Below are positions 1-15,300 of a stretch of DNA of 64,000 nt, in pieces (the stretch's first letter is position 1; each line of letters begins with the position of its first letter). The DNA lies in contig MU008155.1 in assembly GCA_010909165.1 (NCBI GenBank), forward strand, positions 1,736,001 through 1,800,000, read 5' to 3'. The stretch comes from Anthoceros angustus. Taxonomy: Eukaryota > Plantae > Anthocerotophyta. The notes beneath the pieces were generated by a model, which was given only the letters and a program-made list of their open reading frames with translations, made no database searches and was not told where the DNA came from. The position numbers and the translations under genes are program-made.

Positions 1-91
1 CCTATCTGTTCACATTCCTGCTGGAAGCCAACTTCTAGCTGCCTAGAGAGAGGTTGCGAATTAGGCTTCGGTTTAACAAAGGTCGACCGTT

Positions 92-1721
<1,630 letters not shown>

Positions 1722-2166
1722 GAGAAGACCGATCATGAGGACCTGTACATACATTCGGAAATAGGTAGACAAGATGTGGTTCTACATTTGATAGTAGACA
1801 TTTGCCTACCAGCATGCATCTACCAACCAGTGTGCTTAAGTGTCTTCACCACATTCTTTCAATAACACGCCACAGAAATACGTAACGGTGGGCTGGTAAC
1901 AGACCTACCACAGTGCATCTCTGTCTCCCAATACATAACATTCTGTCAAGAACAGGTTTCTTCCTGCGAAACGTTTGATCCCGTTTCCAGTGGCCTTGTG
2001 TGCTTCGATGCATCTCCGAGACTGCAATTGTTCTCACATGAAATGTAGCTCTCACAGGGGAAGGAATCCGCAACTGGAGCTATCTCAAGTGACGGAGCGC
2101 GAAGATGCCGAAGGGAGTGCGGCAAGAAAAAGTTGCTAAATGAAGGCCCGCTGAGCTGCAGCAGCC

Positions 2167-3576
2167 ATGGGCCTGTGGAGCATCAGGCCAGCTGGGATTG
2201 CCCTTCCCACGGGGTATGCTCAGAGGCTAGCCCTGCCAGGGGTTGTGGTGGAGAAGAGATGCGGGATGTGGGCACACCAGCCTGGAGGCACAGCAGCGCC
2301 ATGCGAGGAGGAGGCAGGGGCAGGGGCAGAGACACAAGGGAGTGGAGGCAGGCCCGGGAAGCCGCTCTCCAGGACCAAGATGAAGTTGCTGAGGCGGAAG
2401 GAGCAGGAGACTGAGAGAAAGGCTGCGGTGGTGGAGTCCTTCTTCTCCTTCTACCGGGAGCAGTACAGGGATCGGTGGCTCTCGCTTCAGCCCGCTCTGG
2501 AACGCGATGTGCAGTCTTCCTGCATGCTCAATCGCTTCGCGGATCCGCAGTCGTGTGCCGAGCTGCTGTCATCCATGCCCGGCCTAGTGCAGCTCCAGTT
2601 TCTCAATATCCCAGTGTACGCGGCACCCGCCAGGTTCCCCCAGCCAGGGAAGGACGCGGGAGATGTGTGGTCGTACTACCTGCTGGACGCCGCCTCGGTG
2701 CTGGCAACTCAAGCTCTGCAGCTGAACGGCGGAGACCGGGTGCTGGATATGTGCGCGGCGCCTGGCGGGAAGTCCCTGGCTATTTTGCAGCAGCTGGATT
2801 TGCCCAGCGGGTCCCTCACTGCCAACGAGCCCTCGGAGGACCGGCGGAGGAGGCTTTTGAAGGTTGGTTGTGGCATGCTTTCATGCTTCATGTCTTGCAA
2901 GAACTCCGAGGTGGTGGTGGTGTGACGAGCAGGTCATCCGGGACTACGTACCGCAAGAGTTCCGTCACTGTGTTCGAGTTACTTCCCGAGATGGCACCAG
3001 GTGGTTGGCACGAGAGCTCTATGACAAAGTACGTGCACATGCAACCGGTGTCATGTTGGCGGAAGTGGTTCCAGTTCTGTAAATGTTGTCGCCTTGTGGC
3101 TGCTGAGCATGCTGACCTGAAAAATCCAGATTCTTGTCGATGCACCTTGCTCCTCAGAGCGGCACCTCATCCACGACGAGCACGAACTCCAGCAGTGGAC
3201 GCCTCGCCGATCAGCTACCCTATCAACAAGGCAGTATGCGCTCTTGACTGCAGCCCTGAGAAGTGTCCATGTCAGTGGCATCGTGGTGTACTCTACTTGC
3301 TCCATATGCCATTTGGAAAACGATGGTGTCATCTCAAAGGTACAACGACGCAGCACTCTGTCTGCCTTCCGTGCCGTTTCTGCTGGGTTCGTCGTTGATG
3401 GGTCCCTCGCTGGCCTTGTCCTCGTGCAGGCTGTGAGAAAATCCAAAGTCCAGTTCGAAGTCGTGCGGCAAACCTGGCCTATCGGCGAGAGAACAGAACA
3501 CGGCTGGATTGTCCTGCCGGACGTGGCCCAAGGCTGGGGACCCCTCTACTTCTCTGTGCTAAGAAGATTATCTTAG
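2167..3576 (+). CDS. NOL1/NOP2/Sun (RsmB) family RNA cytosine-C5 methyltransferase, NSUN3/NSUN4-like, multi-exon
   Basis: Motifs DAASVLA, VLDMCAAPGGKS, YDK|ILVDAPCSSERH, VVYSTCSICHLEND, C-terminal IVLPDVAQGWGPLYFSVLRR; introns at about 2863-2932 and 3028-3129 and two further ones. Confidence 0.85.
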
Positions 3577-4485
3577 GCCTGGCGTACCCGGGTCGCTACG
3601 TGAACCCCTCTTATTCCTGGAGTACCCCTCCACGGTAACCCCAGAAGGACAAAACCGACTCAATCTTTCTGCTCCTTGATTTTTTTGCTCGTTTGAAGCC
3701 CGGGAACACGTCAGGAAAGTATGCTGAGGGCCTACTGGCCATGTTCATTCTTACTCGAAAAAAAACAGTACCATGGATCGGCTTCACCACGAGGAAGCAG
3801 ATGCACATGCTTTCTTTCATAACCAACTGAATGCAAGGCACAAGAACGTTAAATGCCTATTTTTGTGAGTATTTGTGCACCCTATCTAAGGTGCTACGAG
3901 TGAAACTATGGTCGGCTCTGCCGTGTCCTCTGACCATGTAAGAGAGGTGGGCTTCGTAGTCGATCTCTCTCTACCCTACCTCAAGCACTTGTTCCTTGCT
4001 AGTGGCTGGTGTGGTTATAGTCACCAGCGGCTACCATACCAGCTTACCCAAATCTGCTATGTTGACGACACCTAGTGATTACTAAGTTAGTTACAGGCTG
4101 GTTTTTCTAAGAGCTCAAGACTACCATATACTTAACTGCAAACAAAAAATTGCACGTTACGACAAGACCGGAGGTGACGCAAAGCACGGTCTTGGAGTCG
4201 TTTCCTTGGGGCGAGCCGGTGGGACTACCAAGTCGTCCCTTGTGCACTGGACTTGGTCGAAAACGGGGAGAAAATCGTTGGCTTAAATGATGATACAAAT
4301 GTAAACGGCTGAAATCGTGCCTAATGTGTGTTCCCACAAAGCTCAAGCAGAAGAATTAGATGTACCTACGGTGGAAGTCCTTCCCACCAAGGCCAGCAAG
4401 AGACGAAAAACTGCGTAATCACCACCGCCTCAACAGAGAAGGCGAATTCATTAGCTTCCGATACGAAAACTTTGCGGTAATGCAC

Positions 4486-7400
4486 TTAGTCGCGAATCAA
4501 GCTTGCCAGCAGTAACTGCACCCCTGGCTTCGTTGTGTCAAACTCCCTTCCCACATTCCTACTCAGGCAACACAAGCGGCCGATGGGATGACCGGGCACA
4601 CATAAGAAATTCCGGTCACGGCGAGCTTCACAGTAGAACTTAGAACACAGTGGAAACGACGTGCTGGGACCAACCTTGCTGCGATGTGAGACTGAACAAC
4701 GGGAGATGAAAGTAGAATATGCTTCAATGATGGGTACCGATCTAAACACGATGCACAACCTGGAAGCATCCCATCTCAATCAACATGGGGTCAGCACTCT
4801 GGCAATTCACTGCCTCGCTGATGCCAGTAGTACACGGAGTGCAACAGACCCACCTGAAACAGTGATGTCCCACAGGTCTTCGTCATCTGGTGATTCTGAC
4901 GTATCTTCAGCCTAAAACGCCGCGAGCAAGTCAGACTGACGTGAAAAACTGCTCCGAACAAGCACAAATCACAGGCAGTAAGAAGCTCACCCTCACGCTG
5001 GCTTCTACGTTGAGAGCTATCAACTTGATCACAGCATTGAAAGTATCAGCTCCGAGTTTCTTTAGGAGGTCATCTTCACTTGTCAGATCAAGCACCAGGG
5101 ACGACAGAGTTCCTGCCAATGCGTTCTCCATCCTTGATGCTCCCCGACCTGACCATTGCAAATCGGCAAAGAAGTGTATTACACTGGTGAAGATTTGAGG
5201 AGCCTTGTATTTGTTCCATGGACTCGAATACGAGAGTATGCGAACCTACCTGTCCAAGAAGCCATTGTCGACAGGACTGGAAAAAAATCCTGAGATTCTA
5301 GCTGAACAGGTACTTCACTCTTCTGCAGCTCCAGGAGTGGCCTTATAAAACTCAGTTCAGATGATAGGATGATAGGCTATGTGTGAGTTTGCGTTCTGCA
5401 TCATAAGTGGGTTACCTTCACGAAAAGATTCAGGAGCACGTCGGAAGCTCCCACAATGATCCCTGCTGGAGCATTGTCCAAATCGTCCACAGCTGTTTGC
5501 AGGAAACCGACAATCTGGACGAACACCCAAACCTTTTATGAACCACTCTATGGACACCACTCAGCATGCAAACACCAAACAGATACCGCCTCCACAGACT
5601 CCAACCTGCTTGTGTGCCGCACAGGATAACAGAGCAGTACATCCATCAACGTCCATTGTCATTAAAGACAAGGAGGGTAGCATAAAACTGACGGCATGGA
5701 TCGGCCTGAAGGATTATAGAAATATGGGGTTAGCATCCTTAACAAACGTGTCGTTTTACTACACGTGCAGAGTGGCTACAATGGTCCAATGGTCAGAATA
5801 TAGGGTCACAATCGACAGAGAGAGCACTTACCTTTCTTCACCTTCAGTGGTGACAGACAGCAAGTAACCGAGAAGCCGAAGCACGCGTTGATTATGTGCA
5901 GCTGGAGCCTCACCCAAGTACCTGCCACAGAGAACATGCCACATTCCTTAGTGCAATAGTATTAGCCACGAAGAGGAAGGTCAAGATGTGTCGTGTACGT
6001 TTTCGATGGCCTAAAAAGTTTACAGACCTGCCCAGCAGACGTACGGAGGCCAGAAGGATATCTCCACGAGTAAGACCGTGCTCCTAAGCAAGAAAAACTA
6101 GACATTAGATCTGAGAATCATGCAGACGAATATTAGGTGCGTGAATCCGAAAAAATTAGCAAAGATCATTCAAGCACCTGTGCACTCTCTAGCAGCTCAA
6201 TGACCACGCCCACAATGTCATTGACGCTTGTGAAGGTTTTCTCCAGCAAGCTCTCACTCATCTGGCTATCGTCAGCTGTTCCGCACCAACAATCAGTGAG
6301 CCAGCTAACCGGTGTTCCTTTGGCAGCTATCCAACCACGCAAATAGAAATGCAAGGAGCTTTGGCTTCCAAATCACAGCAGACCTGCTTCTTCAGAGATC
6401 ATGGTGACTACACGTTCAAGCAGAGCATAGTATGTAGCGAGTGCATGCAACTTCTGAGCAACTTCAGGGGTATGCTGGGAAACGTTTTCTCCTGATGCAA
6501 ACAATGTCTGAGCAACATCGTGGAGCATTGACTGTGTTTCAACCCTCAAGGCCTCAACAACTATGCGGAAAAACCTGAAATACAACCTTGGTAAGATGCA
6601 AATACAACATCGATGAAATGCGTCCAAGATCAATATTTCTCACAGGAGTTCAGCATAACAAACCTGAACCGTGGAGCCGGTTTTGCCTCTTGTGGCAGAG
6701 TCATCGGGCCCAACAACCAATCATCACCTACAATTTCTACAATAGCCTCCACCAGCTCCAGGCATGCTTGTTTATGCTCTGCAACTGAAATCCACACACC
6801 TTTCAATTCGTTTCTCTGTAGATAGGAATGGTGGTCACCAGACAAGAAAGTTGAACAGAAGATCCATGGAAACGAATGTAGTGACACGAGTGGATTACCT
6901 ACACGACTCTGTAAAATGTGTCCAAGGCCTGAGCGGGCATCCTTTGTCCATTCGGCCTGAGGTTGGAATTGAGGTGTTGACAGCCCAAACATCTGACAGC
7001 CAAAGAAGAAAGTTCAGCACAACCAGGTGATTAATAAGTGGAGGACACATGGTGTAGCTTCCAGACACAGGAACACCGCACACAATCTTAGCACCAAAGT
7101 TTAGACTGTTAGAATGAAAATTTACAAGAATATCGGAGGAAAGAAGAATCCGAAGGAGACTCAAAGCCTCAAATTTGCGAAGATCTTGCTGAGAGGCAAG
7201 CTGCTTAGCGACATAAGGCACCTGAACCACCAAACAGTTGAGATAGTTCTTGAACAGTACAGCACGCTGAAGTTCCAACTTTACCACCACAATGCACAAG
7301 GCAAGAGCCAGATAAAGTAGTAAAATTGTTGCCTACCACTGGAACCAATTCTGCACCGTGTGTAGCTATCTCAGCTTTGTTTGGGTGAGACTGAAGCAAG

Positions 7401-8556
7401 AACGACAGGAGAGACATTGCCACCTGCACCCAAGAAGCATCTGACATGCCGAGATTTGGTTTTTAGAATCCAAAACTTGCCATGAACAAGTTGAAGATCG
7501 ATTGAAAATGAGATAGATAAGATGGAATACCTGAGGGCTCACAAAGGATCTTTGCAACTGAAAGCCATGCCTGGGCTTCATAAACTGCCACGCGTCCTCT
7601 TTCCGAGGCTCCTGCTATTGAAAGAAGACACTCACAGCAGTCCCCAAATGCTGCCTCATAGTCCCTGGAAGCACTGACGTTCAATACTTTTCACGCACAC
7701 ACAGCAGCAGACCCAATGGAGATTTAGAAGGTAAGTACATTGCGGGAACTCTGAACAACCAACTCAAGCAAACAGGACGAAATGAAGATGCCTTCTTCAT
7801 GGCTCGGGACATACTTCTTGCCCAAAGTTTGAACTAAGACTGGCACTTTATCCAAAAAGTCATCCGCTGAAGCAAGGCCAGGCAACCTACTAAATGCTGC
7901 AAGCACAGTCAGGGCGAGCTGCATGTAACCCTGCTGCTGCCCTAGGTCCTCACTGGCATGCTTAGTCTCTGTTGTTCCTGAGCAATAGAAATTGAGAGAT
8001 GGCAAAACTTCAGCACCTCAGCCACATCAAATTCTCCAAAAAACGAACCGATCCAAGCACGAAAACGAGCATCAGTCAGCGATTCAGGAAGAGATTAGAC
8101 CGGTTTTGATAAGTCGGTTTATAAATTGCATCCCAACGGCATCAAACAGTTGGCGAATGGCTTCTGCATCATTCCCCGAAACAAATTTCGTTGCCAGAAG
8201 TAGCCCAACCAAGCGCTTCTCATCGGTCCCTCCCTGGAGCAGCTTAACGCATTCCTCCAAGCTTCCAGCCTGCTTCTACAGCGGTGCATGAGCACGAACT
8301 CCCTCTCACCATACGTGAGCAAAACCCACACAGAACCCAAGCAGCCCAGAGAGGCATCGAAAGCTGGAATTGGCCGCAGCTCAGAGACACAGACGAGCCA
8401 ACAGCAGCGGTAAAGTACAACCCACACTCCCAACAACTCCTCGGCTCAATAAAAGATGCACAAGCGCCACACCAAAACCCAGGAAAGGGGCAGGGCAGCA
8501 GAAACAATGTCCTGCAGCAACGCCATCACGGTAACTGCCAAAGGCACGCTTACCAT
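4486..8556 (-). CDS. Neurochondrin family ARM-repeat protein, many exons
   Basis: ATG|GTAAG at 8556-8549 splices in frame to KQAGSLEECVKLLQGGTDEKRLVGLLLATKF...AVGMQFINRLIKTG; later exons LTVLAAFSRLPGLAS, GDILLASVRLLG|YLGEAP...LLGYLLSV, DLWDITVSG|CASCLDRYP; last exon ends QLLLASLIRD* at 4486. Confidence 0.85.
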
Positions 8557-8951
8557 GGCTGCACCTCGCTAACGTTCGGTCACCTGCAGCTCATCCGTGT
8601 ACCAAGTCGGGAAGCCCAGCTCCTTGTGCTATCGCCAGCACCCAATTCCCCAGGAACAAAGAGACTGTAGCAGAATGGGGAACGGGCGGCCACAGATCAC
8701 GTGACCAGAAGAAGAGAATCGGCTGACAACACACACTGTCCGCCGGGCATGACACAATCCCATCAAGGAACAGCTTACTGTCTTAATACTCTAAGTGAAA
8801 CTTAAAAGCCCGGTTGTGGGTAAATCAGCGTCGTGGGCCATTGCTGTAGGGAAGTCTGCCACTGCCGTCAGGCATTTCAGAGCGTGGGCAGCGGAAGCTC
8901 GGGACTCACAATTTCGTGTTGGGTCCTGGGCGGAATTTGTACATCCCCGGC

Positions 8952-9815
8952 ATGGCCCGGGGATCGAGAAGGGCAGGGTGGCTGTGGGTGTGGGACGTCT
9001 ACGGGTTGGAGAACGGGTGGCTGGTGTTCAGCTTGCTGGTGCAAGGAGGGGTGCTGGGAATTTCCGCCTCTGTGCTGGTGCGCTATTTCGCGCGGCTGGC
9101 GCTGGTCCTGACGGCTTCCCTCCCGCTCCTGCCTCTCCAGCTATGGAGTCTGGTGCTGGGCTTTGCTGTGGCCATGACGGGCCTCCTGGCCGTGTGCTGC
9201 CTGGTCTCAGCTGCCAACCTGCTCTGCTCGGATGTGATGGTGTGTTACGAGACCTCCCATCGGATGCTGGAGCTGGTGGAGGACTGGTCCAAGATCGACA
9301 AGGTGCTGGACGTTGGGTGCGGCCGGGGCATGCTTCTCAATGCGGTTGCGGAGAAGCTCAAGAAGGAGGGAGGCGGCGGGAGGGTGGTCGGAGTTGATCT
9401 CTGGTTGCCCGACAGCAGCAAGCCCCGGAGAAGCATGGCCGACACTCTCAAGACGACCAGCAGGGAAGGGACCCAGGTGTTCGTCACCTGCAAGACCGGG
9501 GATCCCCGGCATCTGCCCTTCGACGATGCCTATTTCGATCTTGTGGTGTCGGCGCTGTGCTTGCACACCTTGGGCAGGGACATATTCGGGACCAGCGGGG
9601 CCAAAGAGGCCGCAGCCGCCGAGAGGTCCAAGGGACTCCTTGAGATTGTGCGGGTCCTGAAACCTGGTGGGCATGCCATCATCTGGGATCTGCACCACCT
9701 GCAAGAGTATAGGAAGAAACTTGAAGAGCTGGGAATGCAGCACATTCAGGTTTCTGAAGTCATCACCGCTTACATGGTTCCCACGCACGTCATCTGTGTG
9801 ACCAAGCCCAGTTAG
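8952..9815 (+). CDS. Class I SAM-dependent methyltransferase (type 11-like) with N-terminal transmembrane segments, single exon
   Basis: Uninterrupted ORF from ATG 8952; motif I VLDVGCGRGMLLNAVA, GRVVGVD, GDPRHLPFDDAYFDLVVS, EIVRVLKPGG; hydrophobic N-terminus. Confidence 0.88.
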   Translation: MARGSRRAGWLWVWDVYGLENGWLVFSLLVQGGVLGISASVLVRYFARLALVLTASLPLLPLQLWSLVLGFAVAMTGLLAVCCLVSAANLLCSDVMVCYETSHRMLELVEDWSKIDKVLDVGCGRGMLLNAVAEKLKKEGGGGRVVGVDLWLPDSSKPRRSMADTLKTTSREGTQVFVTCKTGDPRHLPFDDAYFDLVVSALCLHTLGRDIFGTSGAKEAAAAERSKGLLEIVRVLKPGGHAIIWDLHHLQEYRKKLEELGMQHIQVSEVITAYMVPTHVICVTKPS

Positions 9816-10567
9816 AGCAAATGCTTCCAAACGCGTTATGCGCCTTCTTCTTCATTGTTCATGTTTGGCAGACCTGGTAGGGCGATTAAGCATGATAAGT
9901 CCTTAACCTAGATTAGGATTACCGTCACTTCGGAGGACGCACGCTCAAAACTGGCAGCCTTGTACATCATGCTAAAATTCTCTTTAGATAAAAATATGTA
10001 TGGATCATAGCTATATAGGTAGTGTGTGCTACTCTCCTTTTTCCCTTCAATGAGATAGGCAAGACTACATTTATGAAAGTCTGCGAGCTGTTTTGTAAAC
10101 ACACTTTATGTTTAACTGAGCATACTCTCATTATCATCAAGAGTATGCATGTTACTTACTATCATATGAAATTACACATAAGAACCTTATTTTTTAATAT
10201 TTTAAGTTTTAAAATTTAAATATTTTTAAAAAATGATTATAAAAAATTGTTGATTGGGACACCTCCCTACATGGGACCTCAAAAGCCTCTCTCATATACT
10301 GTACCCCGAGGGGTGATTTGAGAGGGTAATGCCGAAATAATTATTTTTTGAAAAATATAAGGTTCAACATAAATATTTATATTTTCAAAATTTATAAAAA
10401 AAACTAATTTTATCAAATTTCAATATTTATTAGAATACATAGTTATCTAAATACAACTAATAGATATGTGTAGTATGGCATACCAAAGAGGACAGAGGGG
10501 ACGGACATTTTTTTTCTTCCGCAAAACTTTTGGTGTCCGGTTTGGTAACCCGACCAAAATGGGGTAG

Positions 10568-10760
10568 CCAAAGGGGACTCACCAAAGCGGCCACTTGGGT
10601 CACGAAGATAGAAAGGGAACTTTCTTTTTCCCCGCACTCACTGGTTTTTCTCGCACGGATGAAGAATTTTTTCCCAGCAGCGCATTCCACTTTTAGGGTG
10701 CGGTAGGTGGCCTATGCCACACCCACTTTTAGGGTGCGGTGGCACCTATGCCACCTGCCC
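10568..10760. repeat. Left subterminal repeats of the TIR element
   Basis: CCAAAGCGGCCA at 10582-10593 recurs at 22834-22845 and, imperfect and inverted, at 22813-22825; tandem pair CCACTTTTAGGGTGCGGT...CCTATGCCAC at about 10687-10754. Confidence 0.7.
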
Positions 10761-11753
10761 GTTTTAGGTTCATGTCCTAAGAGATTGGAGCAGATGGTTT
10801 AGGCGCGAGAAGCACCGATTTGGCTCGCCACCACGCATGCACGCGGGGCGATCGGGGCCGTGCACACGGACGGGGCGGAGGGGCGAGGTCCGAGGCGGGC
10901 AGGCGACGAGGTGCGAGGCGGGCGGCGGCGAGTGCAGGCGGCAGGCGGGCGGCGAGTGCAGGCGGCGGCGCCTCAGCGGCGGCGCCTCATTGTGGGGCGC
11001 GGCACAGCAGTGTAGTGGCGAGCCCACCGCCACTGACGCGGGCGGGCGAGGCGGGCGAGGCGGGCGGGTGGGGGTTTCGGGATCAGCGAGAAGGGCGGGC
11101 TGCTCGGGCAAGGCACGGGGCGGAGGAGGAGGCAGGTGGGCGAGGGACGGAGGCGGCAGGCAAAGTAGACGAGGGATCGAGGCGGGCGGGCGGCGGCAGG
11201 CGGGCCGAGGGACGACGCTGGGCAAAGGGCCTTCCTCCGGGTGACGGACGGAGGCGGCCACCGCAAGGAGAGGCGGGCAAGGAGAGGCGGGCGAGGCGGG
11301 CAAGGCGGGGCCGGGAGGCGGAGGAAGGCGGCGGCGGGCGAGGCGGGGCAAGGCGGGCGGGGCGCGCGAGGCGCGGCAACGGAGGCGGGCGTGGCGAGAC
11401 CTCGGGCGGGGCGCGCGAGGCGGAGGAGGCAGCCAATCCCCTCCCCATCCTTGCACCAAGCCGCAACTAACCTCGCCCTCATTCCTTCCCCCATGGTGAT
11501 GCCGAATTGTTTGATGCTCATTTCTTTGCAACGGCCGACACGCAGATGGGCCTGTGCCACCGCAGTATTATTGTAGGCTTCCTTTGTGGGCGGGATGGCG
11601 AGCCGCCCACCCTCTCCTCCTCACATGCCGCAGCGCAGCCTGCAGCCCACCACGTGTGGGGCAAGAAGGAGGAGGGTTCCACGATCTCCTCCGAGCTCAC
11701 CCGATCCTAATATGTGGAGTGAGTTGTTTTAGTCTTATGACCCCAAGAAGCCA

Positions 11754-12185
11754 ATGCATCCTTTGTCCCACGAGGAGCTTGATGCGCTTTTGCAAAGATG
11801 CGGAGGACCACAACGACCTCATCCGCCACATAGAGAACTACCCTTGACTTCAAGTTCTTTTCGAGCCGAGGAACGTGGTCGTGTATTTGACCGGACTCGA
11901 CTTTATCATGAGAGTGCCTTCCGGAAGCGCACTATTTCATGCATACCCATTTTGATGGGTGGCCATTGGGTCCTAACGATCCGCGAGGCCTCGCGGTCCA
12001 AGCACCCGAGTCACCGGAGGACTTCGTGGATGGCCAAGTTTCACTCCGACGGCTTGACTCCAGTGCACGGCCGGCCTCGACGCTTATCGCCTCCCGGATT
12101 TCATCTCAACGCCTTCTACGAATTGGACGACGCCAACCATGTCTTGTGGGAGGAGATGAACGACCTCTACATCATCGAGGCGTGA
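11754..12185 (+). pseudogene. Ulp1/peptidase C48-like fragment carried by the transposon
   Basis: CIPILMGGHWVLTI resembles the C48 iP...HW.L motif, followed by KFHSDGL; no catalytic Cys motif found. Confidence 0.35.
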
Positions 12186-12399
12186 TCATGGGGTTAGATC
12201 GGTGGTCATGTGCTTTAGGCATCGTGGAGCAGGGGGTTTTGATAGGACTTGATGTACGAGGCCTTTACGGTTTAGATTTGTAGGTGTCTTCGCACCCCGC
12301 CTCCTGCTTTGACTTGACCAAATTTTGACGCTTCCTCTTTCGTATTCTCACCACTCGGCCGATATCCGTGCCCACGTTTTCAACTTGGCCCTCGGTTCA

Positions 12400-15300
12400 T
12401 GCTTGCCGCCAAGATCGTGTTCCCTCGCCCGCATTTTGGCCCGCTTCCATTCTCCTTGGCCTTGTCAACCCCTTTTTGCCCCGCCTTTCCATGGCCACGC
12501 TTGCTTATTAATTGACAACCCATACAGTGCCTTCTTTTCGGTGTGATTTGGGTCCGCTGGAACTCGCCTTCATGAGGTTCGCCGCTTTGATAGCCGCCCA
12601 CTTCAAGGAATGCGGTTTCACACAAAGGTGATTCCGACACGCCTCCACAATTTTCATGCACCATTGCTCAAGGTCGTGATGTAACTTGTGAATGTCTCGC
12701 CATGCCTTGCGGCCGGACCGCTGAAATCGTCGGACGCAGGAGGCTATTCCATGAGCCCTCACATGTGTCCACGCTGTGGCCCCTCCGGCCCTCACGCTTT
12801 ATCCTATCGGTGATGCCCTGCCCCGCCGCCTTCCCTATCCATGTCTCATTGCCTCCCCGCTTGCACTACAGCCCCTAGTCGCGCCCCGGTGCCACCCGCG
12901 ACGCACCTCATATGAAAAGCGCTCAAGAGGTTAAGGGCTCTCCATGTCCACAGGTGCACCGGTTCGCATTCCACTCCCACACCATCTCCTCGCAGAGGAT
13001 CCCCGTCACCGCAATACAAGCACACTACCGTCACCGCCTATGCAGCGATACATGTCCGGAGGTAATTTGTACACTTCAAGCCCGCCTCAGACGCCATGTC
13101 CTCGCCACTTGCATGTCCTACACAAAACATTTGTCGCCATCAAGAATCGCTGGTGTTCACATTCGTGACGGCCTTGGCCGACGCTCACTTACCCCTCACA
13201 AGAATGCTATCGGAGGAAGCGGTGGCACCTCCGGCAACATTGCGCGCATCGGTCCGGGGACATAGTAGTCGCTGTCGCCTCCTCGCCTCACCCCATATGC
13301 AAAGCGGCCCTACCAGCCGCCCACCGCCTCCTCCGGAAGGCCTCCGCGGACGTGGCCAGCTATGTCATCGCCTCCGACCTCATTTTCCTCACCTGCAAGT
13401 TCCACACCCTAACGAAAGTCGCCACTCTCATGGTGGGCATGAATGTCAAGGAGAATGTATGTGCCAAGGGTTCGTGGTATCCAACTCACTACCGCCCCGC
13501 AGCTCCAACATGTACCTCTTGCAGAAGCCCCACTTCTCCTTCAGCCGCCTCCGGCGTGCTCGATGCGCCTCACACCCACGCACTCCACCCACCAACCACG
13601 CCTGCTATGTCCGCACGGCCCGGCCGGAAGTTCCGCAGCCGCATTCGTGAAGCACATTGCGGCAAATCCCTTCACATGACATCCAAGATCCACCTTACCC
13701 GATTGCACCGATGGCCCCGAATGAAGTTCCTCCTGCTCTCTCGCGGCCTCGCTGGTTCAGTCCTCCTCAACTAGCTCGCAGCAAATCGGACCGAATCCAT
13801 GGGTGCCCAAACCTACGCACCGCCCCGCACGCCTTTGTAGATTGTTCCCGCCCGCTTGTTGTCCTCCAAAGACCGCTTATGTAGTCGTTGCCCCATCTAT
13901 GGTCACGGCACTCAAGTGGAACATGTACATCTTGTCGGACCGCAAAGACAACACTCGCACTAGCTTGCGGCCTTGTGCTGCGCTATCGTGACTCCGACCA
14001 CCATGTGCTCCAAGTTCCGCACACCACACCATGTGCCACATGTACATTTTGTTCGTGTATTGCACTACCACGCGCACCGCGACCTCATTTCCATGGCCTC
14101 CTACCGCATGGCTCGCAATGCGCCGCCACCGCCTCGGGCACGAGCAACCCGCTGCGCTGCCTCGCACAATCCTCACTCCCGCTCACACCCCGCGTGATGG
14201 TCACATTTTGTAGGATGAGGTTGCGGCGTCTTCTATTGTTCTCGCCGACCCGTAGCAGCTCCATCCATCCGGCACCGCCGCCCACCTCCTCAACGTCCGG
14301 TGCACATCCCGGCCGCCTGCGAGCCCTTTCAATGTCCGCCCCGCCTCCTCCGCCCCTCTGCGATGTTCCTCAAAGTCTCCACTTCAAAGGGCAGCCTGCC
14401 GACTGCTCCTTCCCGCCCGCCGCCTGCTTTCGAGCGAGGGCTCGTGATCGCTCCACCTCCCTCCGCTTTCCTCCCTCCATGGATCCCCCTCCGTCCTCTC
14501 TCACTCGGCCCCTCCATCTCCCCTTGCGGCGCCCCATCTCCCTCCGCCCGCCACCCATACGGTCGCCTCACCCACCCCTCGCCTCCGCCATCCTCTCATT
14601 GCCTCCTGCCCCGCCCGCCCGCCGCACCGCCTGGGCCCCCCCGCCTCCGCCCCTCCCTCCCCTTCCTGCACACGCCCGCCCCTCCCCTTCCTCCCACCCG
14701 CGCGCCCACGGCCCCGCCCACCCCGCCTCCACGACTCGGATGGCGCCACGGCCCCGCCTCCGCCTCTTCCTCCTTCCTCGCCTGCGCCCGCCGGCCCTCC
14801 GCCTGCCCCTCCTACGGCCCCGCGCCGCCTCCGCCCCTCCGCCTCCTCCGCCTGCGCCGCCCGCCCGCCTGCCCCTCCATCCAACCCCATCGTCCGACCC
14901 TGCTCACGCCGCCATCCACCCGCGCCTCATCATCTCCTCATCTTCCTCGCAGACACCGCCGCTTATCGCTCGTGACCGCCATCAATCCACCATCGCCTGG
15001 CGAACCCAACCCCGCCTGCTCTTCCGCCGGGCCCCCATGATCACGTAGTGTTTCGCGACTGGCCTATCCTCACCATACCGCCGCGGGTCTCCCGAGGCCG
15101 GATTCACTACTTGAGCCGCGGTCGTTCCCGAGCACGCGCCACTTGTTCCATCTATCGACAATGCGTGGTTTCCTCATCTCCCCTCCTTCACACGTCTTGC
15201 CCTCGCCGCGCGCCCCTGCACTCCGCGCCATCAATCGACCATCGCCATGACAGGCCCCAACCCCGCCCGTTCTCTGCGGCGTCCCCATGATCATTGCGGT

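Noticed and set aside
10770-15048. Pro/Arg-rich ORFs at 10.8-11.6 kb and 13.9-15.0 kb
   Set aside because: Explained by strand-biased G- or C-rich low-complexity sequence.
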